64,000 nucleotides of DNA from Cirrosporium novae-zelandiae (lineage: Eukaryota): assembly GCA_026023565.1 (NCBI GenBank), contig JAPETS010000031.1, positions 1 to 64,000 on the forward strand, written 5' to 3'. Each line of letters opens with the position of its first letter. Within the stretch, counting starts at the first letter, position 1. The notes below the pieces were generated by a model, which saw only the letters and a list, made by a program, of their open reading frames with translations, was not told the DNA's origin and did not search any database. The position numbers were made by a program, and so were the translations under genes. Below, one piece after another: positions 51,700 to 64,000 of this stretch.

Positions 51700-54640
51700 A
51701 ACTAGGTTAGATGTGCCCGTCATAGTTATCTATCATTGCAACAGCGTGCTCAGTATTCCCCACTGGGGTTTTGATAGGGCATAAAGTTGTCAATATAAGC
51801 GAGCTTCAACGTGATTTGTGCCCTGGTAGATAGTGAAGAGGATCCTTTTAGGCCAAAGCCACCGATGATAGTTGCCGCCAGAAAATGAAGCATAGGAATC
51901 AAAACGCCGGGGTACCAGACTACTGGCATTTATGAGGTTCTTTTACCGAGCCACTATTTGATGTTCGATATCTGCCTGCATTAGTTGGAACCTTTTGTGT
52001 TATGTGCATGTTCGAATGGTAGGGATTGATTATTTATTGAAGATTGCGAATTGTTGCACAAGATACACTCCCTTGAAGTTTAGTTGGGTTGATGCTTTTC
52101 AAAAGTTCCCTATCAACAACACCCGAACGGGCAGTTCCTCATTCGGGGTCGCGCAATTGGACAACGTCTTTGTCCCCGAAATAAACTTAAGCTCGTATTG
52201 CTTTCGCGCTAATCTAAACCTTGCTTTATTAGGACCATCTCCTGACTCCTTAACCTTCTTATCTCTTCTTGACATCTTCCGGAGGACTCGTGTATTTTGA
52301 CATTGTGATGAGCACATTTCCTATGGTGGCTCAATAAAATCATTCCTTAACCAGATACAAAAGAGCTACTTTGGATTTCTATTTGACAGTGTAAACGACT
52401 TGCTTCATTTTTATACCCTTCCTAAATTCAACAATCATCCTCACACTGCCAATACTCTCTGTCAACCCCCCATTTCTTAGAAACCCCAACGTCTACTTCA
52501 ACTAGTTCAGGCAGCTAACGATGGGGTCCCCAGGATTTGGATCAAGACCCGAATGGCATGATCCACAAACAAGCCAGTGATGCATTAGGGGTCCCCCCTC
52601 TTTGCTAACTCTAACTCTAAATATCTGCTCTGTTCCTACTAAGTGGCGTCGGGATGGGAATTCCTTTCAGTTCCTTGTCGTGCTTGGCTAGGTTAATAAC
52701 ACTTGGACATTATTGCTCTTTCATTGCTGCCATCAATTCCATCACTCACCATTGACACACGTGGAGACCTGCATTCTCTCCCAAACGGAGACAAAGCAAA
52801 ACTAGGATGCTTATGATTGTTATGCTAACTTCCTATTAATAGTACACATTCATGAATACTACCGTAACAATGGGTTGGCTTTTAGAAAGGATCTGAGCTT
52901 CCCAAAAGCTTCAGATCAATATGTCATGCGTACTCGAATGAAAGGGCTATTCACGAGACTGTTTCCTGCAGTCATGATAGGGACTCGTCGGTGGTATGAA
53001 AAATGCTCAGTACAACCCTCAACTAAGGTGTCAGTCAGTGCCTTAGGCCGGACCTCAGTAGAATCCTTGACACGAAAATTCCAAGGTATTTTAAAGAGGA
53101 TTATCATGGTAGAGGGTTGCTGGCCCTTTAAGCGATCAACGCAGTCGCCATTCTACCTGTAACAATAGATCAAGTCGAGCTTACAAACCATCCTTAGTCT
53201 AACGCACATCACTTTCTAGTCAGAGCACGGGCTGAGCATAGTTGACCTCATAAGCACGCATATTGTTTTTGACGGCATCTATCTCCAGCTCAAGGATTCT
53301 CCGCAATTGTTACTCAAGTTGCCCTCTAAATTCTCTGGTTCTGGTGCGGAGCATGCATAATTAGTCAGCTGCGAAGTTACTTTCAACTTACTCACTACCA
53401 AAAAACTTCATGAGGGTTATCAATCGAAGGCCTCTTAGAGCACCACAAAAATATTAGCGCTATCTCATCTAGTTGTCGCTGTAGCCGCTATATTTCCTTC
53501 TTGGACAAAACTATACTTCTTATAGCTAATGGACTGTAGCATTTCAAGATGATAGGTCCTCAAGAACTATTGAACATGGATAGGACCAGTATCAAAAGCT
53601 GTGATAGCAGTTATATAATATCTTGTTCTTCTCCGTGAGAACCTGTTAGGTTTTGTTTATACTGTGATCCTGAATTTGCCAAAGAAAAGATCTCACTCAA
53701 TCGATCCAAGTCCTTGGTTTATATCCTAAAAATTAGTCAAAGCCTACCGACCCCTTTATTTTTCAAAATATCACCATACAGTTCTCTTTTTTGGATTTTA
53801 TGATGGAACAACAGCACTCGCACACGTTGCGGGTGTTCATGGTCTCTCCACTTTCATAGAGGAGACTGATTATGATGCTTAGAAAAGCAGGAAACTTGCG
53901 AAAGAAATCCATGTCAACGAGGTTCCTAACTCGCTAAGCAGATCCTTGATTCACACAGCTACTTCGGCCACCCCAAAAAACAACAGGCCAACAGGTGCAG
54001 ACCGGAATCGTCAAAATTAGATTGCCGGCATCTTGAATCGAATACTTGACCAGAAGTAGCCAAATGAGGGAGAAAAGCACACTGCTCTTAACCAAATAAT
54101 TGACGCTTATCTAGGAGGCAAGGACAACGAAAAATAGGATATATCTATATATTCCTTCCCGTACCGTTGCAGAATGATATGTTATAAATAATTTAAACGG
54201 TCGCGTGTCGCTCTCAACGTTTGCAAAGCTTTGAAACTCTCCCAATACTCGGGATACCAGCCTGCCTCTTCCTAGTCCAAAATCGTTGTCACATGGCATT
54301 GCTCATTGACAAGTATGTTCCAAAGAGAGAAGTCAGCATATGCGAATATGATATCATGGCCTTCGTCGAAATCTTGTTTGGCGTATTATGGTAGGATGTC
54401 TAGCAAAGAAGAAACGATATCTCCAAGAAGGAATTCGTTAAATTCCTGTTTACATTCAAAGTGGGCTCTCTTAAGTACAGAGCGCCGACCAACCACGACC
54501 TCTTCACGGTTGACAGATCCAATGTATCCCCCTTTGAGTTTGCGCAGTTGAGAAATGTAGCCCTGAAGTTCCTGTATGATGGCAAGCTTCTTCTCAAAAT
54601 CCAGGCTATCCTATACTTGATGAAGCTGCTTTCCTAGCAT
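51700..54640. pseudogene. Decayed protein-coding relic(s) of unknown identity
   Basis: Protein-like frames broken by stops, e.g. + strand ~54302-54637 LIDKYVPKREVSICEYDIMAFVEILFGVLW*DV*QRRNDISKKEFVKFLFTFKVGSL...; no family recognised. Confidence 0.3.
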
Positions 54641-55695
54641 TAAATCCATCACAATTGCTACCAATTTGCCATCCATGATATAAACATCATAGACTTTAGC
54701 AACAGATATCACCATATCCACTAAAAATAAATTCGAGAGCATCTGCTCCAGAAATAAAAAAGTCAGATCTATATTTTAATAACCTTATCATTACCCATAC
54801 AAATTCCTTCCTCAACAACCCATGCATAGAACAAAATAACCTCTCTTCTCCATGATCACCTTCCTAACGTAAGGATTATTAAGCTTCGATGGTGGGTGAG
54901 AAGTTGAAACAAAAAGCGCAATACAGTACATGAATATAAATGTTTCATATCATAGTACAGTACTTGTAATTATAATAGGCAAATGAAACGTTCTAATAGG
55001 AAGTTAAATAAACAATTATTTTGCAAAAGTTCCAACACCCCATTTCTAACAAAACGAACAATCATTGAACTTGTCCACAAAAACAGCGATAATTACCTAC
55101 GCCTACCTTACCTTACCTACCTAAGCGAGAGAGGAGGCTTACTTACTTACATTCCACATTGCATATCAATCAGCCACACGCATCCCGAAACTAGAAAAAA
55201 TCCCGTTTAACTTTATACTCTGAAGGATTGTGTGCCACGCGTCACAAACGTGGCTACTGTAGCACACACACACGTGCGCGCAAAAGCCCCCATTACATTG
55301 TCCCGCGTGGGATTTGCAATATTGTGTGTGACACAAGATAGGTACCTAGGGAGTTAGGTAAGTTAATTAGGTGGTTAATACCGATATCGGACTAGGACCC
55401 TTGACCTAGTTAATTAATTAAATTTAATGAGATTAGACTAGGCTACTAATCAGCTTCTTATCGATTGATGGCATCATGCATGTCATGTAAGACAAGGGCC
55501 GAAGGGCGTAAGGTAGGAAAATTATAAGAAGGTGATAGCGAAAACGAAAAGGATTAGATAACCGGTTTTTTTAATTACATGCATCATCGCATCGTATTTG
55601 TGTTTATGAAGCCCTTCTATTTTTTTTTTTGAAGTTGAAGTTGAAGTGAATACATACACTTTTCCTTTCCGCAAGGTTAGGGAACAAAGTCGATA

Positions 55696-57316
55696 ATGGC
55701 TGTTGTCGGTAATACGCATGAGGCTATTACCCCTCTTGGCTATGAGGGTGGGTTTTCGAAATTAGAGAAGCTTAGGCCTTTAGGTATGTACTCTGGACTC
55801 TAGAAGCAAGCAGAGGGAAAGCAATGCGTGAGAGCTACTCGCTATCAAATAAAATAGCACTATAGGTTACTACCGTATGTATGTATGTATGTATGTATGT
55901 ATTTAATAACTCTTCACTTGCTACCTAGGCCGACTAGAACGCTTCTCAACAACACGCAGTCGTTTAGGCGTCTACCACAATGTCGGTCTGACAGGGTTCT
56001 ACTCATATAACCCTTCTTCTTCTTCTTCCACATCGCCATCACTACCAAGTTCTTACTTGCTAAGATCCCTGATATTTCATGCTCTCTCAACCCTTGTCGC
56101 ACAACACCCGTCACTTTCGACTATTCCAATTGACGATGGTGTCCCAGAACGGGATGCCTATTTTGTTCGTCTCCCAGAAATTGACTTCAACACGGCCGTG
56201 ACATTTATCGAGAGTAAGAATATTAGGACTGGTGATGAAAACGGCTCGGATGTCGAATTAGATAAGTTGCTGGAAGCACAGCATAATCAATCTTTTGAAG
56301 GACAGCAAATTCCAGGGCTACCTGTCTGGCGGTTAATCATCTTGACCAATCCTGCCTCTCAGTCCTCGTTCATAGCTTCGTTTGTGTTCCATCATGCTAT
56401 AGCTGATACTGGCTCTGCTATGGCTTTCCACAAGTGTTTTGCTATAGCACTGTCGAATGTTTCCTCTGAAGATGCGGCAAAAACACTGCCTCGGAATGCT
56501 ATCATACAAGCATTCGATACTGAAATGTTGCCATCCCTTGAACAGCTATATGAACTGTCTGTATCAAACGAGTTCCTAGAGCGAGAACGTTTTTTGACCG
56601 AACATCCTGACGTACCAGCGCACGTATGGTCGGGTGATGTCGCTCAATTGCCTGTGGCTACCCGATTTGAGTCTCTGAAAATTACAAAGGATGATGCTCG
56701 TCGATTTGTGGCTGCATGCAGGAAAAACGACACCACTGTTACAGCAACACTGCAGGCATTAGTCGCGTCGGTTTTGTTTGATTTAATCCCAGAGGAATTC
56801 ACAACCCTAAATAGCATCTGTCCGGTAGCACTCCGTCGATGGCTTCCTGCCCCAATTGATGAGTTTTCAATGGGGACCTGGGTCGGCATTATCGGAGAAA
56901 CATATCAACGGCAACAAGGTTTCTCGTGGAAAGAGGCCTGCAGGTGTAGGAAGAATATCCAAGAGGTAGTCGCCCGTAAGGGGAAGGATATGGTATCATC
57001 GTTCCCAAGAAGTATTGTGGATTTTAACCACTATTTTATGGATCAAATGGGGAAGAAGAGAGGATGTTCCTTTGAAATATCGAATATCGGAATTCTCAAG
57101 ATGCGTCCTGAAGATTCTTGGAGGATTGGTAGATTGGTCTTTAGTCAGTGTGCGAGCGCGACCAGTGGTATCAAAGTGAGTGTTGCCACTGGAGGTGATG
57201 GAAGTTTAAATATTGGATTCACCTGGCCGCGGGGCGTTTTCGATGAGGGTTTGATGAGAGCATTCATTAACAGGTTCAGTGCTGTATTGCTAGAACTCGC
57301 AACTCCTGCGAAGTAA
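55696..57316 (+). CDS. Alcohol O-acetyltransferase (AATase/Atf-like, CoA-dependent acyltransferase); intron 55784-55928
   Basis: Spliced N-terminus ...LEKLRPLG|RLERFSTTRSRLGVYHNVG; catalytic HxxxD in FHHAIADTGS; SFEISNIG, LVFSQ. Confidence 0.88.
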
Positions 57317-58328
57317 AACTTTGATCTTTGATAAAAAAATTCATCAACTAGTCGCCAAAGGGGATCTCACCTCATTACTTGGTTAATTAAATAGAATCTT
57401 AAGTGGCTAGAGCTAGATTGGTTTCTTCCATTCATCCGACCCATTAATCAAGTTTAGAGTCTCTCGCTCTTTCTCGCACTCTCAGTAGCTTTTGACCCCT
57501 ATAACTTGCGGTTTGGGCGCTTGTCATTGCTATTGAATCTATAAAGGGGTCATTGGGATACAGTATAGATGTATGGATCCTGGGGAGTGCCGTTCTTATC
57601 TTGGTAGTTATTTTCGTAAAGGTTAGCAATTACCATGAATTAATAAATCGATTCTATATCCATCAATAATGTTGGTAGTCCATTTAGTTTTATCTGAGGT
57701 GGACTGGGCTATCTCTAAGTGGTGTAATTAGTCTGTAGATCCATTGTGGGGAGAGAAGCTTGCTAGGGGCCGTAAGCTCGGACCACTTGTGTACTTGATA
57801 CGTAATTACATCATACACATACAGTACACAGTAACTTTGCCCTACTCGAGTAAACTTCTTCTGGTGATGTGCGTGAAGAATCAACATCTAACTAGGTGTT
57901 ATGTGCACAGCATGACAGGTACACAGTAGATAGCAGCAGATCTATCCAAGTACTACGTAGGAAGTGGTACAGGGAATCGAGGAGGTGAAATCTCTCATAG
58001 GTTAGCTACAGTAGCTAATTACCTATTAGCTCTCAAAGGCTCGAGAGGTCCCTGAAGAAAAACTCTCGTGCCTCTGCAAACCAAGTTCTCTCCCTCCCGC
58101 TTCTCCCTGTAAAACTCACTTTGCCACCTATCCCCAACCTCCTAACCTCCCTTATTATCGTTATTCATCATATTCTATCCTCGCTGGATAGGCTTCAGCA
58201 TGATCGCCATCGCCTCCTAAGCTCATTTGATCTCGTCTGGCTTTGCTTCTTTCCCCATGGGACATTATATAAACCCTCTACATGTTCATTACTACGATTT
58301 CGCCTACGAACACAAAGGCCCCTTCCGC

Positions 58329-59378
58329 ATGGCAATCCCAAACATCGCCGATGCTCCCGCAAGCTTCTTCGGACAGTAAGTGCGTTTCTTCCTTAAATCT
58401 ATCTAAACACGCATTAGAATTTTACTATTTTAACATCGCTAACAATGCGCGCACCTCGTTGCTAGACTTCTGTCCGGTCCAATGGTAGACATCTACGTTG
58501 GCGAATCCAAGCGCCATTGGGCCCTCCATCGCAACCTTCTCTGCCACCACTCTTCGTATTTTGCATCGCAGTTTAACAACCCGGTTGATGGTCTACCTGA
58601 TCGCTCTCGCGAGAACAATCGCATCTTAAAGACCCCCTCGAAAAGCTCCATCAACTCAACCGATGAAACTCTGTATGACCACTCTCGAGAGAATGGGCGC
58701 ATTCCAAAAACTCCTTTGAAAAGTGCTGTAAACAATACAAACAATGAAAACAAGACTGAAGAAACATCGGATGCCCCCCGTGAGAATAGCCGCCCCCGTG
58801 AGAATAGTCGAACCGTAAAGACTCCCTCGAAGACTCCCTTGAAGAGCTTTGGCAATACTGGGGGAAATTTAAAACTTAATCTTTCTGATACTGATCCAGC
58901 TGCCTTCGAGTTACTTGTAAAGTGGCTCTACCAGGGTCGTATCGATGATGTTTCTAATCTTCCGGTTGATCGAAAATGGGACTACGCTTTTAGCTGTCAG
59001 AAGTTATATCTTCTCTGTGCCAAGCTATCCCTTCCACAGCTTCAAAACCACGCTATGGACCAGTTTCGTAGAGGTTGCCATGAAGCCGGCTTGGTGCCTG
59101 GACCTGAAGAAATGCGCCCTATATACGAAGCTACTGAGCAAGGAAGTCCACTAAGGAAACTGGTCAGTCGCATAGCAGCGAGGCAAATCATGGACCCTGA
59201 AAGTCAAAGGGGGGGGGAGAGCTATAGGAACTGCTTTGAAAAGAGTGCAGATTTTGCAATTGATGTGGTGGATGAAATAAGAAGAGGATGTGGAGGACAC
59301 TTGTTCGAGGATCCTACAGAAGAAGAAGGGTGTGAATATCATATACATAAGAACGGAGAAATGTGCGGAAAAGGATGA
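58329..59378 (+). CDS. BTB/POZ domain protein; one intron (GTAAGT from 58376 to TAG at 58465); alternative in-frame ATG at 58257
   Basis: MVDIYVGESKRHWALHRNLLCHHSSYF ... DTDPAAFELLVKWLYQG; C-terminal CEYHIH. Confidence 0.88.
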
Positions 59379-60446
59379 ATACGTGACTTTGATATAAGAC
59401 TTGCCAGATCCGTGAAATTTCCTGGAAAATCTCGATTGGATATTCTTATAACTCTGGACAACATATCATGACCATGCATCTCCCGAACAAGCTCAGCTGG
59501 ATCGACCCGACCTTCTGAGCATCTATGGTCTCCGACCATTTGACCCCTATTCTAAAGAATCAGCATAAGCCCACTGTGGATTATGAGACCTTCCTGAACT
59601 CCCAATACATAGACTCCATGTCGCATCTAACCTATTTCCTGAACCTTTTAACAGGTTGACAGTGGGTTTATGTCCTATGTCGATCCGTCATATCTGCACT
59701 GCCTCGGATGTGTATATGGGTTATGGTCTATCTTTTTAGTCCGTCTCTTGTCAATATGATCCAGAGTATATATTCCTAGGAGTTCGGGCTTGAGGTGAAG
59801 ACATGTATCGCTGTGGGCTAGGGGTTTCTCATTATGGATGGCTCCCATTATCAAAGTGCAGAAGCGAGAAGCGGCAGCGAGTTTATCAAACTTTTGATAG
59901 GTGCAATTTTTATGTTATTGATAATGTATCTTATAATCGGATTACTAATATATCTCCATACATACTTCTGAACAGATCTCCGGTTTCCACTGTTAAGTTT
60001 GGGAAACTGATCAACGGTTTCGCACAAACATGAACGATCATGTAATGCAACACGTACGCAACAAGGGCAGAACAATATAATGAGATAGCTCCTTCGGCAA
60101 TATTCACCATAGCAAACATTAAATTCGGAAATTTCTTGCGTCTCATGCTTCGCTATTGGATCCAAGTAGAATATCCCCAGAATTTCATTACATAAACTTT
60201 TGAAGGAAGCAAAAATTAGAAAATAATCGGAGTGCGAAGAAGCTTTGTAAGCCGAAGGCTTTTATCAGCAGAGTTCGTCGGGCCGAGAGATTGTGTCACT
60301 GCCGAAACTCAATGGCATTTCCCCTGCATCAGAAAACACCAAGGGACAAACAAGAGAAGTTAAGGATTTTTCAAAAGCAGTTTGGTCTCTCCCTATAACT
60401 TTGTTTGAATATTGAATCCACCATGTTTTACGTTTCACTGCATTCC

Positions 60447-60554
60447 GGATTATTCTATCTGCTTAGTGATTTCGGATTATCTTATCTGCTTAGTGATTTT
60501 AAATTATTCTATCTGCCTGGTGATTTCAAATTATTCTATCTGCCTAGTGATTTC
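60447..60554. repeat. 27-bp minisatellite x4 upstream of the GST
   Basis: Units GGATTATTCTATCTGCTTAGTGATTTC, GGATTATCTTATCTGCTTAGTGATTTT, AAATTATTCTATCTGCCTGGTGATTTC, AAATTATTCTATCTGCCTAGTGATTTC. Confidence 0.95.
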
Positions 60555-60835
60555 AAATCACCGCATGATATCTCCAAGCTTCAAATTTATAATTGGCGAA
60601 TCAGAGAAGGGGAGATGTTGATCACCCGATATTAAGTTGATTTTTTGGTCCAGTCCAACAACGCTACACTGCGAGATGGCTAGTGGAAGTGCGTAGTTGT
60701 GTGGAAATATATAAAATTGAATGGAATACCTCTTGTTTCAACGTCTCAATAACCCATTCACTTCATTTTTATCAAAGCCGATAACTTCATATCATCGAAG
60801 CAAACTTCTACATTGACCTTTTATCTACTCCAAAA

Positions 60836-61548
60836 ATGACTTCCCCAATCACACTTTATGGCCACGGCAAGTTCATCTTGCGTGCGTTGCGTAATGCGCT
60901 TCCTCTAACAACTCCGTAGGCGGGGGTCCAAACCCATGGAAGGTAGCCATCATCCTCGAAGAGCTCAACATTCCATACAAGACTGTCTTTATGGATACTT
61001 CCGTGTTGCATACCCCAGTATATGAGAAGGTCAACCCGAACGGACGCGTGCCGGCCATCGAGGACCCCAACACCGGCATCACCCTCTGGGAATCCGGCGC
61101 CATCGTCGAGTATCTAGTCGAAGAATACGACAAGGAGAACAAAATAACCTTCCGATCGAGCCCCGAGAAGTACCACCTCAAACAATACCTCCATTTCCAG
61201 ATGTCCGGACAGGGGCCCTACTTTGGCCAGGCCGCCTGGTTTACATTCTACCAGAAGCTCCCACCCGCACTAGAGCGCTACATGAAGGAGGTTAAGAGGG
61301 TCGTGGCTGTGCTGGACGGCATCCTCAAGGACAAAGAATGGCTCGTCGGCGACAAGTGCACCTATGCAGATCTGGCCTTTATCCCCTGGAACCAGATCAT
61401 TCCGCTGATTTTTACCGAGGAGACGGAGGTGTTTGATATCAAGGCTGAGTACCCGGCCTATCATGCGTGGATGGAACGAATGTTCGCAAGGCCCGCGGTG
61501 AAGAAGATCCTTGCTGACTGGAAGGCGGCGAAGGCGGCTGGGCATTGA
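60836..61548 (+). CDS. Glutathione S-transferase (Ure2p-like/GstA class); GC-AG intron 60867-60919
   Basis: MTSPITLYGH|GGGPNPWKVAIILEEL, NPNGRVPAIED, LWESGAI, FQMSGQGPYFGQA, WLVGDKCTYADL. Confidence 0.94.
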
Positions 61549-63049
61549 AAATCGAATGTAACTTATGTTGGTTAGTTAGTTATATATTGTTCGTGGTCAA
61601 CTAGAGACCCAACCCGCGCGTACACATATTTGGAGACAATTCTAGCATCTTGGTGACACCTTCAACGGGGTTCAGCTACTGACTGTATCGATAAGCATTC
61701 AAGCTATCCCTTAGTCTACCCAACCAAGCGCACGTCTGACACAAAAAGGCGGACTCGCAAATTGTTTCCCCTAGTATCTTTACAGAATAATTGTAATTGA
61801 TATATATAAAGAATTTAACCACAATAACACAATAATAAAATGATTATAATTAACGATGGTAAGTTGATAAGCTACAGTACTATTAAAGTAACATACATAT
61901 TATCGTCGTTTATATAATTATTCTTTGAAAAATTGTGAGTGTCATAAATATCTAAGGAATCAAATTTGTGAGTTCCTCCAACCCTAACATACAAGCTCCC
62001 TCCCTCCCTCCCTCCCCCCCAAAAAAAAACAAAAAAACAATCACAACCAATGAATTAATCAATTCCCCATTTATTCATACAGACTATGACCTTTATGCAA
62101 CCCCCCCCCCCCACTCGCACTTAGTAGCCCGATCCCTCAGAAACCCTGGTCGTCGTTAGGATTAGTGTAAAGATTAGATATAAAGATTATAAATCAAACT
62201 TCTCATGGGACAAGTTTTTGCGAATTACCTTAGTACTAGTTAGTATGCCTATAGTACGCACCCTCTCTCTTAATTAATAAAAGCAAAGTATAAAAAAAAA
62301 AAAGGCAAGTTTGTCCGAATAATTAATTAATTAATTAATTAGCTATTTTGGGATCTCTTGGAATGGAATGGATGGATCAAAAACCTGTAATTGAAAAGAT
62401 TATTTTATTTATTTATTGTTGGGGATATGAATGGATGGATGGATGATGGATGTGCTTTAGATGTTAAGGTAAGTATGTGTATAACTAAGCCCCCTCGTTA
62501 ATTACTGTAGCGTTAGAAAACCGGTTGTATCCTACGTAGCTTGGGGTGGTACAGTAAGGTAGGCGAGTAACGAGGTTCTTTAATTAGGGCATATTAGCAT
62601 AGCATACAACTTGCCTAATTAGTCTATCCCCCCTTAAAGCCCTACCTAGCCTAGACGCAATGGAGCTGAAGAAGAAAAGAAAGGAAAGGAAAGACCCAAG
62701 GCCAGAATGATGATAATTATATTGGCTGGGTTGATAGCTTAAAGATATAAGCTGTGTCGTTGTGTCGTTGTCCAAGTACTGTAAATAAATATAGGGCGTT
62801 ATAGATACTGTAGGGGCTGGCCATTCCATTTAAGCCTCCTTACTTACTCACTGGCACCCCAAAGTTATGAATTTTATCCTGAATAATTTTTTTTTTTTTG
62901 GTTTATGAATTGAATGATAGATTTATCTACCAATAATGACTCGAAAAGGTTGGGTACTATCTACGATAATTACTGATACCGCATTCCGACAACTATATAC
63001 GGTATTGTGTCTCTCACTATCACACATATCACAGAGCCTTTTTTTTTTA

Positions 63050-64000
63050 TGAAACTATAACAGATGTGCCAGGAAGCTGTTCCTCGGGGTATGAATATCT
63101 TATTCTCTTTTTTCTTCTAGCTGCTTCTTTTCTTCTCATAAGTCTTTTACAAGATTATTCAGCTGCCCTTAGCCCAAGTCCGTCTCAATCTCCCCCTCAA
63201 CAAGACCAGTCCAACCCGTTGTTCCGTCGTAATCGAGTTAATATTTTTCTCTCTCTACCGTTTTCTGTGGCACTTGTTGGAAAGAAAGTCTCTGTGTTGT
63301 GTTGGATCATGGGGCAAATGGTGTATAAGTCGTTCAATTGTAGTTGGAGATGCTGCTTGACCTTTATAAGTGCCGATGCTGTCCTGCTATGGTTCTGGCG
63401 AGTTTCTTCCACAAATACCTTTGCAATCTCCTTAATCTCTTGTCTTTCTGAGTAGTCACTGGCTGAAGGTGATCTGGGGAAGATCAAACAGAAAGGCAGT
63501 ACAGTATGCTGCCTGGATCAGGCGAGTTCAACGTGTCTGTCCTGTTGCAACCGATGCGACTCTGTCCGCAGGAGAGGCCTAGGAATATCCAGGGGATCCT
63601 AATTTTGATTCGGTCGGCCCTAGCATGTTTGGATAAGTGCTAGAAGCCTTGTGTTTTAATCCGTTGAATTGTCTATCTTTTTGGAGAGTTGTTGAAACCC
63701 TGATTAACCTCCCTAACAGTCTCCCCCGGTTTCTTCGATAAGCTTACGCCCTCGTAAGCTGTAACCATCTGAAAACCATAACGTGGCAATGAACTAAGAC
63801 GTTAAAACCATAGCAGCATCATAAAACTATTCGTTCTATACACCCGGCCTTGGTGCTCTCATCCCTATGCGTGTTTTAACCCCTTTTTACTGTCTTCCAT
63901 AGCTACGAGAAAAAGGCCTGACTCTTCCTCTTTTTTAGTCTCTGTCAGACCGTCTACCGCTCTGTTTATCATTTCCGTTACCAGAGACTCTTGGTTAGAT
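63050..64000 (-). pseudogene. Possible decayed or partial coding sequence running off the window end
   Basis: Protein-like minus-strand segments (SNQESLVTEMINRAVDGLTETKKEEES..., ERQEIKEIAKVFVEETRQ..., GLVEGEIETDLG*GQLNNLVKDL*EKKQLEEKE) with stops and frame changes. Confidence 0.3.

Noticed and set aside
60447..60554. 27-bp repeats as a CRISPR array
   Set aside because: Head-to-tail tandem units without spacers, in a eukaryotic genome with no cas genes.
55696..61548. AATase-BTB-GST as a secondary-metabolite or detoxification cluster
   Set aside because: No backbone synthase, transporter or cluster transcription factor nearby; adjacency alone is insufficient.

Overview
Eukaryotic DNA from a filamentous ascomycete: short GT-AG introns with CTAAC/CTGAC branch sites, and proteins resembling Eurotiomycete ones (the taxon is an inference). 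The window is mostly a housekeeping neighbourhood: LIP5, tRNA-Glu(UUC), SEC21, a six-exon RPS27 invisible to the ORF track, VPS34, NSE4, a PPR-like protein, a GPI-anchored GH13 amylase/glucanotransferase, PSY2/PP4R3, an SLC35F transporter, an alcohol acetyltransferase, a BTB protein and a GST. Microsatellite-rich spacers separate these genes. Unusual items: (1) a fungal NLR (HeLo-like/NACHT/ankyrin) with near-identical 102-bp repeats and an obligatory GC-AG intron; (2) a Zn-dependent dehydrogenase whose conserved residues appear altered by RIP-like G>A transitions; (3) a 23-nt exact inverted match 40 kb apart that resembles a pogo-type TIR; (4) a BTB domain split by tandem TPxK repeats; (5) a small protein with a duplicated PPPY motif; (6) a 27-bp GATA-containing minisatellite upstream of the GST; (7) several decayed coding relics. 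I could not establish a clearly new multi-gene system from sequence alone. Family assignments come from recalled motifs, not database searches.
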